A stretch of DNA of 61,993 nucleotides from Sulfurimonas sp. (GCA_027068455.1 JAMOSN010000024.1:1-61993); one strand, 5' to 3'. Counted from the stretch's first letter, positions 21,569 through 32,818 are shown. The notes: a model not told the origin generated them from the sequence alone. Translations and numbers: made by a program.

Positions 21569-22213
21569 ATGATAAAAGTTGCTCCAAGTGTTCTTTCTGC
21601 AGATTTTGGAAATTTGGCTCGTGATGTACAAGAGATATGTGAAAGTGGCTGTGATTTAGTCCATGTAGATGTGATGGATGGGCATTTTGTACCCAATCTT
21701 ACTATTGGACCAGTCGTCGTTGAGGCAATTGCAAAAGCAGCAACCAAGCCATTAGATATCCATCTAATGGTGCAAAACAACACTTTTTTTGTTGAACTTT
21801 TCGCACCGCTGAAACCTGAATATATCTCTTTTCATATTGAAGAGGAGAAACATCCTCACAGACTTATTCAAAAGATTCGTTCGTATGGTATTAAACCAGC
21901 AGTTGTGTTAAATCCAAATACTATTCCAGAAGAGTTAGAGTATATTTTAGGTGATTTGGATATGGTGCTTTTGATGAGTGTAAACCCTGGTTTTGGAGGA
22001 CAAAGTTTTATCGATACAGTACTTCCAAAAGCAAAAAAACTTGATGCTATGAGAAAGCGTTTAAACCCTGCGTGTTTGATTGAAGTTGATGGTGGGGTTA
22101 GTGATAAAAACATACAAGCCTTAAAAGAGGTGGGTGTCGATGTTGTTGTAGCAGGTAGTTATGTGTTTAAACACGCAAGTAAAAAAGAAGCAATAGAGAG
22201 TTTACAAATCTAA
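21569..22213 (+). CDS. rpe: Ribulose-phosphate 3-epimerase
   Basis: HVDVMDGHFVPN, MSVNPGFGGQ, EVDGG. Confidence 0.98.
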   Translation: MIKVAPSVLSADFGNLARDVQEICESGCDLVHVDVMDGHFVPNLTIGPVVVEAIAKAATKPLDIHLMVQNNTFFVELFAPLKPEYISFHIEEEKHPHRLIQKIRSYGIKPAVVLNPNTIPEELEYILGDLDMVLLMSVNPGFGGQSFIDTVLPKAKKLDAMRKRLNPACLIEVDGGVSDKNIQALKEVGVDVVVAGSYVFKHASKKEAIESLQI

Positions 22214-22800
22214 TGCGTACCAAAATTTGTGGTATCACCTCTTATGAAGATGCAATGGTGGCTGTTGATGCTGGAGCGCATGCACTTGGTTTTGTATTTT
22301 ACGAAAAATCACCCCGATATATCTCTGTTGAAGATGCACAGGCAATTATAAAAAAACTGCCACCTTTTGTGGAGAAAGTAGCTCTTTTTGTCAATGAAGA
22401 TGCCAATAGCATTAATGATATGTGCAAAAGAAGTGGTGCAACACTTGCACAGCTTCATTTTGAAGTAGATGATACTCTTTTGGAGGGGTTGGAAGTTCCT
22501 TATATAAGAGTGATACGAGCAAAGAAGAAAGAGGATATTTTACAATTTAGTGATCAATACCGTTTAGTTGATGCCTACTGCGAAGCGTACGGTGGAGCAG
22601 GGAAGAGGATTAACATTGAGTGGTTTGATGGTGTAGATTGTTCCAAAATCATTTTAGCGGGTGGTTTGGATGCTACCAATGTTGTAAGTGTAAAAAGTTA
22701 TGGTTTTTTTGGTGTAGATGTGAGTAGTGGTGTCGAGAAGTCTTATGGTAAAAAAGATGCTTTTAAAGTGCAAGAGTTTATAAAAAATGCTCTCTCATAA
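22213..22800 (+). CDS. trpF: Phosphoribosylanthranilate isomerase
   Basis: KICGIT, LAGGL, GVDVSSGVE. Confidence 0.96.
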   Translation: MRTKICGITSYEDAMVAVDAGAHALGFVFYEKSPRYISVEDAQAIIKKLPPFVEKVALFVNEDANSINDMCKRSGATLAQLHFEVDDTLLEGLEVPYIRVIRAKKKEDILQFSDQYRLVDAYCEAYGGAGKRINIEWFDGVDCSKIILAGGLDATNVVSVKSYGFFGVDVSSGVEKSYGKKDAFKVQEFIKNALS

Positions 22801-23578
22801 TATTTCACTCGATAATAAAAGTATTTCAAGACTTGCTACCCGTGGGCTTTCGTTAAAAACACTTAAAGACCAGCTTGAATATGAACTTGAACTCTCTTTG
22901 GAACTCTGGAGAGGACAAGGGCTTAATGTAGTCAAACATGAAGGGTATTTCTATTTTGATACTAAGTTTATTCCGATTAAAGAAGCAGAGTTTTGTATAG
23001 TTGATATTGAAACGAATGGTTCTAAGATTGATAAACATCAAATTATTGAGCTTGCTGCCGTAAAAGTTAAAAACGGAAAAATTATAGATAGATTTGACTC
23101 TTTGGTATATACGCAGACAATCAATCCCCATATTACAGAAATAACTGGAATAAGTGCTGAAGATACAAAAGATGCTCCTTCTCTTAAAGAGGTACTGCAA
23201 GCATTTCGACCCTTTTTGGGAAATGCTGTTTTTGTTGCACATGATGTGAAGTTTGATTATATGTTTATCTCTCAAAGTATGGAAAAAATAGGATTTGAGC
23301 CATTGCTCAATCGTAGTCTGTGTTCTTTAGCTTTGGCTGAGAGGACAGTTGCATCATACAGATATGCTCTTTCTTATCTTAATGAGTCTCTTAATTTGAA
23401 TCCTAATGCAACGCACCATAGAGCTATGAGTGATGTTTTAACCACATATGGGCTTTTTTTATTATCATTGGAAAATCTTAGTGAAGATGTAAAAACAGTA
23501 GAGGATCTTATCCGTTTTTCAAAAGAAGCTCCAAGATTGAAGCGTCCTAAATTTGATCCTCTTTTAGAGAAGAAATAG
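22787..23578 (+). CDS. DEDDh 3'-5' exonuclease (DnaQ-like)
   Basis: DIETNG, AHDVKFD, HRAMSD motifs. Confidence 0.9.
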   Translation: MLSHNISLDNKSISRLATRGLSLKTLKDQLEYELELSLELWRGQGLNVVKHEGYFYFDTKFIPIKEAEFCIVDIETNGSKIDKHQIIELAAVKVKNGKIIDRFDSLVYTQTINPHITEITGISAEDTKDAPSLKEVLQAFRPFLGNAVFVAHDVKFDYMFISQSMEKIGFEPLLNRSLCSLALAERTVASYRYALSYLNESLNLNPNATHHRAMSDVLTTYGLFLLSLENLSEDVKTVEDLIRFSKEAPRLKRPKFDPLLEKK

Positions 23579-23585
23579 AGAAGTT

Positions 23586-24662
23586 TTACTTCTCTTCTTT
23601 CTCTTTTGAAGATGATTCTTCCTCTTTTTTCTCATTGTTTTCGAGAACAATCTCTTTGACATCATCTTTTTTTGCTTTTGGTTTGAGGATAGTATCAAGA
23701 AGTGAAGTGTTCTCAGGTTCTTCATCTGCATCTTTAAATGCACCAGGTGCTACGAGTTTATTGTAACGAGCTTCAAGTCTTTCATCAGTACTCATAGCTT
23801 TTAATTTTTCCACCTCGTCTAAGAAGTATTCTTTAATAGCAGTTGCTGCTGCCTCTTTTTCGCGATGAGCACCAATGAGTGGTTCATTGACAATATCATC
23901 AATAAGACCTAACTCTTTTAGGTCAAAACTTGTAATTTTAAGTGCTTCTGTTGCAGCTTCAACTTTTTTAGGATCATTCCATAAAATAGCTGCACACCCT
24001 TCAGGAGAGATAACACTAAATATAGAATAACGCATCATTGCAAATCTATCTGCTACACCAATAGCAAGTGCTCCACCAGAACCACCTTCACCAATAACAA
24101 TAGATACCGTCGGAATTTTAAGTTCAGCAAATTCAAGAAGATTTCTTGCAATTGCTTCAGATTGGTTACGCTCTTCAGCACCAATACCTGGATATGCACC
24201 TGGTGTGTCTACTAACATAAGAAGTGGAAGATTGAATTTTTCAGCTAATTTAGCAGCACGAAGTGCTTTTCTGTATCCTTCTGGATGTGGCATACCAAAA
24301 TTACGTTTGAGTTTGTTTTTTGTACCACGACCTTTTTGTTCACCAATGACAACAACTTTTTGATCTCCAATATAACCCATATAGCAGATAATAGCAGCAT
24401 CATCACGGAAATGTCTGTCTCCATGTATTTCATATTTATCATGCATAATCATATTGATATAATCAAGTGCATATGGACGATCAAGATGGCGCGCTAATTG
24501 AAGTTTTTGGAAGTCAGATAAATTCTTGTAGATTTTTTCCACCTCTTTATCGAGCTTTCTCTTAAATGCTTCTGCTACATCATAATCATGGCGAACCTGT
24601 GCAGAGATAATATCCTCTTGAATCGTTTTTATCTTTTTTTCAAACTCTAAGTATGTTGCCAA
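23586..24662 (-). CDS. accA: Acetyl-CoA carboxylase carboxyltransferase alpha
   Basis: [23 protein letters not shown]; charged C-terminal extension. Confidence 0.97.
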   Translation of the reverse strand: MATYLEFEKKIKTIQEDIISAQVRHDYDVAEAFKRKLDKEVEKIYKNLSDFQKLQLARHLDRPYALDYINMIMHDKYEIHGDRHFRDDAAIICYMGYIGDQKVVVIGEQKGRGTKNKLKRNFGMPHPEGYRKALRAAKLAEKFNLPLLMLVDTPGAYPGIGAEERNQSEAIARNLLEFAELKIPTVSIVIGEGGSGGALAIGVADRFAMMRYSIFSVISPEGCAAILWNDPKKVEAATEALKITSFDLKELGLIDDIVNEPLIGAHREKEAAATAIKEYFLDEVEKLKAMSTDERLEARYNKLVAPGAFKDADEEPENTSLLDTILKPKAKKDDVKEIVLENNEKKEEESSSKEKEEK

Positions 24663-24678
24663 TTGGAATCCCTATATG

Positions 24679-25896
24679 TTAGATTTTTTTGAAAATGAGA
24701 ACACCGTTTGTGCCACCAAAACCAAATGAGTTAGACATAACTATATTTAGCTCTGCCTTTCTTGCTCCCTCGGTCACATAATCAAGGTCACAATTTTCAT
24801 CTGGTGTCTCATAGTTAATAGTTGGAGGAATGATTCCATCACGCATTGCCATAAGACAAGTAACTGCTTCAATGCTACCTGCTGCTCCAAGACAGTGACC
24901 AATCTGACCTTTGATAGAACTCACTGGAGGACAGTTTTCTTTCCCACCTAGTAGTTCTTTGACCGCTAAGGTTTCATTTTTATCATTGATTGGCGTCGAT
25001 GTTCCATGTGCATTTACATAATCAATTTTAGGTTCACCAGCCATTTTGTATGCTGCTTTCATTGCACGTGCTGGTCCATCAAGTGATGGTGTTGTGATAT
25101 GGTTTGCATCACCACTTTCACCAAAACCGATAAGTTCACCATAGATTTTTGCTCCACGGGCTACAGCACTTTCATACTCTTCAAGAACAAGTGCAGCTGC
25201 TCCTTCACCCATAACGAAACCATCACGACCAGCATCAAATGGACGAGAAGCTTTTTTAGGCTCATCGTTGCGTGTTGAGAGTGCTTTCATCGCAGCAAAT
25301 CCACCGATACCGACACCAGTGATTGCAGATTCTGCTGAAACAACCAACATTCTCTCAGCACCGTTACAAATAATAGTCTTAGCAGCTTCACTGATTGCGT
25401 GTGTACCAGCAGCACATGCAGTTACAGAAGAAAGATTTGGTCCTTTTGTTCCATGTTCGATAGAAACAAATCCACCAAGCATATTTACAAGTGCGCCAGG
25501 GATGAAAAATGGAGAGATTCTTCTTGGTCCACGATTTTCTAATATAACTGAGTTCTTTTCAATAGATGGAAGACCACCAATACCACTACCAGCAGAGATA
25601 CCAAAACGTTCCATATCTATATCTTCTGGTAAGTTTGCATCTTCCATAGCTTCTTGAGCAGCTTTAAGACCTAAATGGATAAATCTATCTGCTTTTTTTA
25701 CCTCTTTTGGAGGCATTACAGATGCTGGATCAAAGTTTTTTACTTCGCCTGCTATTTTAACACTAAATGCTTCAGGGTCAAAAATAGTGATAGTGTCAAT
25801 ACCACATTCACCATCACAAATAGCCTTAAAAGAACTCTCTTTATCGTGACCTACAGAATTTATCATACCTAGACCAGTAACTACAACTCTTCTCAT
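24679..25896 (-). CDS. fabF: Beta-ketoacyl-ACP synthase II
   Basis: TACAAG, NAHGTST, GHCLGA, NSFGFGG. Confidence 0.97.
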   Translation of the reverse strand: MRRVVVTGLGMINSVGHDKESSFKAICDGECGIDTITIFDPEAFSVKIAGEVKNFDPASVMPPKEVKKADRFIHLGLKAAQEAMEDANLPEDIDMERFGISAGSGIGGLPSIEKNSVILENRGPRRISPFFIPGALVNMLGGFVSIEHGTKGPNLSSVTACAAGTHAISEAAKTIICNGAERMLVVSAESAITGVGIGGFAAMKALSTRNDEPKKASRPFDAGRDGFVMGEGAAALVLEEYESAVARGAKIYGELIGFGESGDANHITTPSLDGPARAMKAAYKMAGEPKIDYVNAHGTSTPINDKNETLAVKELLGGKENCPPVSSIKGQIGHCLGAAGSIEAVTCLMAMRDGIIPPTINYETPDENCDLDYVTEGARKAELNIVMSNSFGFGGTNGVLIFKKI

Positions 25897-25968
25897 TCAT
25901 ACTCTCCATATACATATATTAAATACTTTTAAAAATTAACCAATTTATTAATTATTAAAAATATTTTG

Positions 25969-25997
25969 TTACCAAAGGAGCAAAGCCCTTATGGTAA
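25969..25997 (-). terminator. Imperfect hairpin downstream of acpP (terminator or stabiliser)
   Basis: TTACCAAAGG...CCTTATGGTAA imperfect inverted repeat between acpP and fabF; no clean U-tract. Confidence 0.45.
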
Positions 25998-26010
25998 TCA
26001 AAAATTATTA

Positions 26011-26241
26011 CTATTTATTTGCTTCGATATAATCAACTACATCTTTAACAGTTTGAATCTTCTCAGCTTCATCATCAGGAATCTCGATATCGAACTTCTC
26101 TTCAAGAGCCATTACTAATTCAACTACATCAAGGCTATCAGCACCTAAATCTTCAACGAATTTTGAATCTTCTTTTACTTCATCAGCGCTTACGCTTAAT
26201 TGCTCAACTACTACCTCTTTAATATCATCTAAAAGTGCCAT
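26011..26241 (-). CDS. acpP: Acyl carrier protein
   Basis: [12 protein letters not shown]. Confidence 0.98.
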   Translation of the reverse strand: MALLDDIKEVVVEQLSVSADEVKEDSKFVEDLGADSLDVVELVMALEEKFDIEIPDDEAEKIQTVKDVVDYIEANK

Positions 26242-26302
26242 TATAGCTCCTATCTTTAAGTTTAAAATCCTGTAATTATAGCATAAGTATCTTAGAGTAG
26301 AT

Positions 26303-27049
26303 TTATGCCATATTCATTCCGCCGTTAACTTTGAGCGTTTCTCCAGTAATGTAACTTGCATGATCTGAGAGTAAAAATGCTGTTGCCTCTGCAACCTCTT
26401 TTGCCTCACCCATTCGATTCATTGGGATTTTTGCATTGATGCCAGCTTTGACATCATCACTGAGTACTTCTGTCATCTCTGTAGCGATAAATCCAGGTGT
26501 AAGAGAGTTGTAGCGAATACCACTAGTTGCTGCTTCAATTGCAAATGATTTAGTCATCGCAATAACACCACCTTTACTCGCAGTATAGTTTGTTTGTCCT
26601 GCATTTCCAGTCTCGCCAACGATAGAAGCGATGTTGACAACAGCACCAAATTTTTTCTTTCTTGCAACTTTAAAAAGTTCACGTGAGCCAATAAATGCTG
26701 ATGTTAGATTTGCATTGATAACATCCATAAACTCTTGCGTTTTCATACGAAGTGCGAGTTTGTCTTTTGTAATTCCTGCATTATTGACAAGATAAGAAAG
26801 CTCTCCGTCACTATCAACTATTGTTTTGATAGCATCGATAAATGCTGTTTCATCGCTTACATCAAATCCGATTACCGCTGCTTGCCCACCTTCTGCTTCT
26901 ATCGCTTCTTTGACAGCATCTGCTTCAGCAGCACCACTGCGGTAGTTAATCCAAACTTTTAAACCATAAGATGCTAACGTTTTTGCTATCTCAGCACCAA
27001 TACCACGACTTGAACCTGTTACTAAAACATTCTTTCCACTAAATTTCAT
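26303..27049 (-). CDS. fabG: 3-oxoacyl-ACP reductase
   Basis: [19 protein letters not shown]. Confidence 0.96.
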   Translation of the reverse strand: MKFSGKNVLVTGSSRGIGAEIAKTLASYGLKVWINYRSGAAEADAVKEAIEAEGGQAAVIGFDVSDETAFIDAIKTIVDSDGELSYLVNNAGITKDKLALRMKTQEFMDVINANLTSAFIGSRELFKVARKKKFGAVVNIASIVGETGNAGQTNYTASKGGVIAMTKSFAIEAATSGIRYNSLTPGFIATEMTEVLSDDVKAGINAKIPMNRMGEAKEVAEATAFLLSDHASYITGETLKVNGGMNMA

Positions 27050-27067
27050 AAAACTATTCTCCTTTAT

Positions 27068-28546
27068 TTATATTAAACTATGATCCATCTCTGATGGAAT
27101 TTCTATGTTCATAAGTTTTAAAACAGTAGGTGCAATATTGTTTAATCCACCTGCTGCTACTTTATCAATATTATCTGCATCTACAAAACACCATACTTTT
27201 CCAACCGTATGATTTGTAAGAATATTGCCATCTTCATCTTTCATCTCTTCACAGTTTCCATGGTCACTTGTCAAAACAAAAGCATAGTCATTCTCTTTTG
27301 CTTTGTTCCAAATAAGACCCAGTTGTGTATCGACAGCCTCTACAGCTTTCTTTGCTGCTTCAAAGTCACCAGTATGTCCAACCATATCACCATTGGCAAA
27401 GTTTACTACTATAAAGTCATATTTATCATCCATCGCTTTAAGAACCACTTCACCAACCTCTTTGGCACTCATTTCTGGCTTCATATCGTATGTTTTTACA
27501 TTTGGTGAGGGGATAAGTACACGTGTTTCATTCTCATATGGTTCGTCGATACCACCATTAAGGAAAAATGTAACGTGAGCATATTTTTCAGTTTCCGCAG
27601 TGTGAAGTTGTCTTAAACCCTCTTTAGCTATCACTTCTGCAAGTGTATTTTTTGGTGCATCTTTTTTAAATAGCACTGGATATGTAAAGGATTTGTCATA
27701 CTCGGTAATAGTAGCAAGATTGACTTTTACAGGTTTACGTTCAAACTCACTGAAATCTTCGCTGGCAAGTGCCGTAACCATTTCACGCATACGATCACTT
27801 CTAAAGTTGATAGTAAGTACTGCATCTCCATCTTCCATCCCATCATACCCTTCAAATGCAGTTGGTTCAATAAATTCATCAGTCTCTCCCAGTGCATAAG
27901 AGTGGCCAATATAGGCTTCAGGAGTCATTGATGTTTTAGGATCTGCAAAAACTATAGCATCATAGGCACGTTTGATTCTTTCCCATCTGTTGTCTCTGTC
28001 CATTGCATAAAATCGACCACTAATTGTGGCAATAGTTACATTCTCATTTAAATGTTTTTTAACCTTTTCAATATATTTAGGTGCAGATGTTGGAGAAACA
28101 TCACGACCATCTGTAATAAGATGTAAAAAAACTTTCTTACCATTGCGTGCTGCAATATCAGCAATACCCATAAAGTGATCTATATGAGAGTGTACACCAC
28201 CATCACTCATAAGCCCAATAAGATGAAGCCTATCCGAAGTATGGAAAAGGTTTTGAAGCACTTCATTATGTTCTAAAGTATCTTCTTGGAGGGCTAAAGA
28301 GATTTTAACAAGATCTTGATATAAAACTCTACCACTACCTATACTCATATGACCAACTTCAGAGTTACCCATCTGCCCTTCAGGTAAACCGACACTTAAA
28401 CCAAAAGTATCAATAAGAGAGTGGGGAACCTGTGCAAAAAGTTTATCGTATGTTGGTTTATTTGCATTGTAAAAAGCATTGAACTCTGTTTTATCAGAAT
28501 ATCCAATACCATCAGTAATCACTAAAATTGCTTTTTTACTCACCAT
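27068..28546 (-). CDS. gpmI: 2,3-bisphosphoglycerate-independent phosphoglycerate mutase
   Basis: MGNSEVGH, GGVHSH, DMVGHTG, DHGN. Confidence 0.97.
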   Translation of the reverse strand: MVSKKAILVITDGIGYSDKTEFNAFYNANKPTYDKLFAQVPHSLIDTFGLSVGLPEGQMGNSEVGHMSIGSGRVLYQDLVKISLALQEDTLEHNEVLQNLFHTSDRLHLIGLMSDGGVHSHIDHFMGIADIAARNGKKVFLHLITDGRDVSPTSAPKYIEKVKKHLNENVTIATISGRFYAMDRDNRWERIKRAYDAIVFADPKTSMTPEAYIGHSYALGETDEFIEPTAFEGYDGMEDGDAVLTINFRSDRMREMVTALASEDFSEFERKPVKVNLATITEYDKSFTYPVLFKKDAPKNTLAEVIAKEGLRQLHTAETEKYAHVTFFLNGGIDEPYENETRVLIPSPNVKTYDMKPEMSAKEVGEVVLKAMDDKYDFIVVNFANGDMVGHTGDFEAAKKAVEAVDTQLGLIWNKAKENDYAFVLTSDHGNCEEMKDEDGNILTNHTVGKVWCFVDADNIDKVAAGGLNNIAPTVLKLMNIEIPSEMDHSLI

Positions 28547-28643
28547 TATTCCTAATATGTTAGATTTTCTAGTGTGGATTATACTATAATGTCACTTTTA
28601 ATTTATATAATAGTACTTTCATTTCATAAATATAGGAATATCA

Positions 28644-29705
28644 TTGCTTTTTTGGTTACACGAAATTTTTCATATTAATCTTTTAGGATATATTACTATC
28701 CGTGCAGGTATAGCATTTTTTCTTGCTTTAATTATCTCTTTGTATCTTTTTCCAAAATTTATACGTTGGGCACAACGAACATCAAGTGTCCAACCTATAA
28801 ACGACTGGGCACCTGATCGTCATCAAGAAAAAGCATCTACTCCTACTATGGGAGGTATAGTCTTTATTGGTGCTACTATCATAGCAACATTGATTAGTGT
28901 AAACTTAACCAATGCATATGCACTCGGTGCACTTATTACTCTTGTACTTTTTATGAGCATAGGTTTTTGGGATGATTTTGCAAAAATAAAAAAAAGTGAA
29001 AATCTGGCAGGTTTTAAAGCACGTACAAAACTTTTATTGCAGATAGTTTCAGCATTTATTGTTGCGTGTTTTCTATGCTATGTGGCGGATTTCAATACAG
29101 ATTTGTATGTTCCTTTTTTGAAAAAGCCAGTTCTTGATATGGGGATGTTCGCAGTTGCTTTGTGGATGCTTGTTATCATTGCTACATCCAATGCTGTTAA
29201 CTTAACAGATGGTCTTGATGGTTTGGCGACGGTTCCTTCCATCGCAGCTTTAGTAAGTTTTAGTATTATTATTTATATTACTGGTAATGTTAAGCTTAGT
29301 AGCTATCTTCTTATGCCAAATTTTGCTGTTAGTGAGGTAGCAATAATTGCTAGTGCTCTTATTGGGGCTTTATGCGGGTTTTTATGGTACAACTGTCATC
29401 CTGCTGAAGTATTTATGGGAGATAGTGGTTCTTTGACAGTTGGAGCTTTTTTAGGATATTTGGCGATAATAAGTAAGAGTGAAATTCTTCTTTTACTTAT
29501 AGGTTCCATTTTCGTTATAGAGACACTTTCAGTGATTTTACAAGTTAGTAGTTTTAAGCTTCGGAAAAAAAGAGTTTTTCTTATGGCACCTATTCATCAT
29601 CATTTTGAAATGAAGCAGTGGGCAGAAAATAAAATAATTGTTCGTTTTTGGATTATAGCCATCTTATCGAATGTTTTAGCCTTAATTACATTGAAAATAC
29701 GATAA
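28644..29705 (+). CDS. mraY: Phospho-N-acetylmuramoyl-pentapeptide transferase
   Basis: TPTMGG, NAVNLTDGLDGL, FMGDSGS, APIHHHFE. Confidence 0.97.
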   Translation: MLFWLHEIFHINLLGYITIRAGIAFFLALIISLYLFPKFIRWAQRTSSVQPINDWAPDRHQEKASTPTMGGIVFIGATIIATLISVNLTNAYALGALITLVLFMSIGFWDDFAKIKKSENLAGFKARTKLLLQIVSAFIVACFLCYVADFNTDLYVPFLKKPVLDMGMFAVALWMLVIIATSNAVNLTDGLDGLATVPSIAALVSFSIIIYITGNVKLSSYLLMPNFAVSEVAIIASALIGALCGFLWYNCHPAEVFMGDSGSLTVGAFLGYLAIISKSEILLLLIGSIFVIETLSVILQVSSFKLRKKRVFLMAPIHHHFEMKQWAENKIIVRFWIIAILSNVLALITLKIR

Positions 29706-29765
29706 TGTTTTCTTTGTAAGCTAAAATTCAGTAGAGTTTGCTTATAATTTCAGCCTTTAAAAGAT

Positions 29766-29841
29766 GGCCTGTTAGCTCAGTCGGTAGAGCAAGTGACTGA
29801 AAATCACTGTGTCCTTGGTTCGATTCCGAGACAGGCCACCA
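29766..29841 (+). tRNA. tRNA-Phe(GAA), copy 1
   Basis: GGCCTGT acceptor stem, anticodon loop CTGAAAA, GTTCGATTC T-loop, encoded CCA; 76 nt. Confidence 0.97.
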
Positions 29842-29867
29842 CTTCTTTTAAAGACTTTTTTTATTTT

Positions 29868-29943
29868 GGCCTGTTAGCTCAGTCGGTAGAGCAAGTGACT
29901 GAAAATCACTGTGTCCTTGGTTCGATTCCGAGACAGGCCACCA
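29868..29943 (+). tRNA. tRNA-Phe(GAA), identical copy 2
   Basis: Exact tandem duplicate of 29766-29841 after a 26-nt spacer. Confidence 0.97.
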
Positions 29944-30000
29944 CTTAACTCTTTATATCAAAATCAAAAATTTAATTTTTTACAAAATATACACACTTTT

Positions 30001-30009
30001 TGGTATAAT
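30001..30009 (+). promoter_or_regulatory. Extended -10 promoter element for ssrA
   Basis: TGGTATAAT (TGnTATAAT) ending 15 nt upstream of the tmRNA 5' end. Confidence 0.6.
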
Positions 30010-30024
30010 ATAATTCTACACTAT

Positions 30025-30402
30025 GGGGCTGACCTGGTTTCGACGGGATCTAGTAGCTCTTGGTTGCATGTCGGACTGAGCATTTCCGTTATACGGCTCA
30101 ACGCGAATAAACGCAAACAATACAAATTATCGCCCAGCTTTAGCAGTAGCTTAAGTTTTACCCCCTCGTTAAGAGGACGGGCTGCTTCACCTGCTGATTC
30201 TAAATAGGCAGGGTTCGAAGTATAACCAATCATTTAGATATATCTTGCGTGTGTCTCCATGCAAGATGAACATTAGAGGCTGGTCTTGTGTAGCTTTGCA
30301 GGTTGTGTGAAGCAAGATGAGATATAAACAACCTTTCTAAACATGTAGACGCCAAGAGTAGCTAGGTTTCGGACTGCGGTTCGATTCCGCACAGCTCCAC
30401 CA
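30025..30402 (+). ncRNA. ssrA: tmRNA; tag peptide ANNTNYRPALAVA at 30113-30154
   Basis: 5' GGGGCTGAC..GGTTTCGAC and 3' GGTTCGATTCC..AGCTCCACCA tRNA-like ends; resume codon GCA and Ala-rich tag ending in TAA. Confidence 0.96.
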
Positions 30403-30409
30403 AATATAA

Positions 30410-30865
30410 TTATGAAACTAACTTCATCTCCCCTAAATAATTTCTGATACTATTTCCTTTTGCCAACCATTGTAAAATACCACCCTCAAGATTATACACA
30501 TTGGTAAAACCTAATTTTTGAAGTTGATATGCTGCAAGCAAACCACGAGGTCCTTTAAGACAATAAGTCACAATGAGTTGATCTTGACCAAATTGTTTTG
30601 CTATTTTTTCAATGGCAACAAATTCAAGTTTACCTCTTGGTATTGTCAATACAGTTTGTGCATTGATATACCCAGAAGCAAACTCTTCAGGTTCTCGTAC
30701 ATCAAGAAGAACTATCTTTTTTTGAAGTAGTTTTTTTAATTTCTTTACATTTATTTGAGATACATTCAAAGAGGCTTTTTTGAGTATATTTTGAAGATGA
30801 CTTGATAGGTAAACTTCATCACATTTTTGTACATATTGTTCTAGTTGTGTTGTGATATTTTTCAT
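30410..30865 (-). CDS. Rhodanese-like sulfurtransferase domain protein
   Basis: LDVREPEEF, YCLKGPRG, NLEGG..W. Confidence 0.9.
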   Translation of the reverse strand: MKNITTQLEQYVQKCDEVYLSSHLQNILKKASLNVSQINVKKLKKLLQKKIVLLDVREPEEFASGYINAQTVLTIPRGKLEFVAIEKIAKQFGQDQLIVTYCLKGPRGLLAAYQLQKLGFTNVYNLEGGILQWLAKGNSIRNYLGEMKLVS

Positions 30866-30932
30866 GAGAAATCCTTCTAATTTAGGTGTAACCTTTAGAA
30901 GATTGTATAGTATTGAGGCTTAAAGTGTTGTA

Positions 30933-31007
30933 TGGTGCTCGATACTGGATTTGAACCAGTGACCACCACCATGTCAAGGTGGCACTCTACCACTGAGTTA
31001 ACCGAGC
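30933..31007 (-). tRNA. tRNA-Val(GAC)
   Basis: Minus strand GCTCGGTTAACTCAGTGGTAGAGTG CCACC TTGACAT GGTGG...GGTTCAAATCC...ACCA; 75 nt. Confidence 0.95.
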
Positions 31008-31208
31008 TTTTTAAGAGGTGTAATTTTAACCAAAGTATTCTTAAATTAATGTTGAATATTAATTTCTTTTTTATAATCTTTTATATTTTCAATAATGTTG
31101 CAAAAATCTTGTGATTTTACTTTTAATTTAGGTTTATAAGTAGTATAATTTCACCCTAGATGATATATTTGAATATATCAATATTAATATGTACCCTGAA
31201 GGTAAATT

Positions 31209-32789
31209 ATGAATTTAACGGAATTAGAAGATTTAGGACTTAAAAATATAGGGAAGGTCTACCATAACCTTAGCTATGATGAGTTAATTCAACATGAACT
31301 TGACAATGGTGAAGTGAAACTAACAAAAAGTGGTGCGACAGCCGTAGATACTGGTATCTTTACAGGTCGTAGTCCAAAAGACAAGTATTTTGTTCAAAGA
31401 GATCCTTCAAACAGATATATAGCTTGGGGTGATGTGAACAAGCCAGTATCTGAAGAAGTATTTAATGAACTTTTAGAAGTGGCTCGTGAAGAGCTTTCTG
31501 GAAAAGATCTTTATATTACTGATGTTTTTTGTGGTTCTTCACCAGCCTCTAAAAGATCAGTACGTTTTGTATCTGAAATAGCTTGGCAGTCACATTTTGT
31601 AAAAAATATGTTCATACGTCCTACAGAAGCTGAACTTGAAGTGTTTAAATCAGATTTTACTGTTTTAAATGCTTGTAAAACTATCAATGATAAATGGAAG
31701 GAACACGGATTGAACTCTGAAGTGTTCGTTATGTTTGATATTGAAAATAATATTTCAATCATTGGTGGTACATATTATGGTGGTGAAATGAAAAAAGGGA
31801 TTTTTTCAATGATGAACTACTGGTTACCATTAGAGGGTAAACTTTCTATGCACTGTTCTGCAAATGTTGGAAAAGAGGGTGATACAGCACTTTTCTTTGG
31901 TTTAAGTGGTACAGGAAAAACGACACTCTCTACAGATCCAAACCGTGCTCTAATTGGTGATGATGAACATGGATGGGATAACCATGGTGTCTTCAACTTT
32001 GAAGGTGGATGCTATGCAAAAGTTATTAATCTTGATGGTAAAAGTGAACCAGAGATCTATGGTGCTATTAAAAGAGGTGCACTTTTAGAGAATGTTGTTG
32101 TCGATGAAAATGGTGAAGTAGATTACGAAGATGGTTCTAAAACAGAAAATACTCGTGTTTCTTATCCGATTGAACATATTGAAAACCATAAACCAGATTT
32201 AATGGCTGGACATCCTCAAAATATTATCTTCTTAACAGCTGATGCATTTGGTGTACTTCCTCCAGTTTCAAAACTTACTCGTGAACAGGCAATGTACTAT
32301 TTCTTAAGTGGTTATACTGCAAAAGTAGCAGGAACTGAGCGTGGTATTACAGAACCTGTGGCAACATTCTCTGCGTGTTTTGGTGAAGCATTTTTACCTT
32401 TACATCCAACAGTATATGCAAAACTTCTTGGTGAAAAGATTGATAAGCATGATGTAAATGTTTATCTTGTTAACACTGGATGGACAGGTGGAAGATATGG
32501 TGTTGGAAAACGTATGAGCATTAAAGATACTCGTGCATGTATCAATGCTATTTTAGATGGTAGCATTAAAGAGAGTGAATTTGATACGACAAAAACATTT
32601 GCTCTTCATGTTCCAAAAACTTTAGGTGATATTGATCCAGATATTTTAAATCCTAGAAATGCTTGGGAAGATAAAGAAGAGTTTGATGTTACTCGTGATA
32701 AGTTAGCTCAAATGTTTATTGATAACTTTAAAAAATACCAGAGCGAAGACAGTGAGTTTGACTTTTCAGCTGCTGGACCAAAGTTATAA
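31209..32789 (+). CDS. pckA: Phosphoenolpyruvate carboxykinase (ATP)
   Basis: [33 protein letters not shown]. Confidence 0.98.
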   Translation: MNLTELEDLGLKNIGKVYHNLSYDELIQHELDNGEVKLTKSGATAVDTGIFTGRSPKDKYFVQRDPSNRYIAWGDVNKPVSEEVFNELLEVAREELSGKDLYITDVFCGSSPASKRSVRFVSEIAWQSHFVKNMFIRPTEAELEVFKSDFTVLNACKTINDKWKEHGLNSEVFVMFDIENNISIIGGTYYGGEMKKGIFSMMNYWLPLEGKLSMHCSANVGKEGDTALFFGLSGTGKTTLSTDPNRALIGDDEHGWDNHGVFNFEGGCYAKVINLDGKSEPEIYGAIKRGALLENVVVDENGEVDYEDGSKTENTRVSYPIEHIENHKPDLMAGHPQNIIFLTADAFGVLPPVSKLTREQAMYYFLSGYTAKVAGTERGITEPVATFSACFGEAFLPLHPTVYAKLLGEKIDKHDVNVYLVNTGWTGGRYGVGKRMSIKDTRACINAILDGSIKESEFDTTKTFALHVPKTLGDIDPDILNPRNAWEDKEEFDVTRDKLAQMFIDNFKKYQSEDSEFDFSAAGPKL

Positions 32790-32818
32790 ACTAAAGAGAG
32801 TGTCTCTTTAGTTTATAA
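32784..32818. terminator. Perfect 16-bp hairpin between convergent pckA and pit, spanning both stop codons
   Basis: TTATAAACTAAAGAGA-GTG-TCTCTTTAGTTTATAA. Confidence 0.7.

Noticed and set aside
29766-29943. Identical 76-nt direct repeat, possible CRISPR or att duplication
   Set aside because: Both copies are complete tRNA-Phe genes; no spacer array, cas genes or integrase
30025-31007. ssrA and tRNA-Val as integration hot spots flanking a rhodanese gene
   Set aside because: No integrase and no duplicated 3' end seen; no evidence of an island
29911-31114. Short ORFs 29911-30207, 30021-30233 and 30932-31114
   Set aside because: Shadows of the tRNA and tmRNA genes
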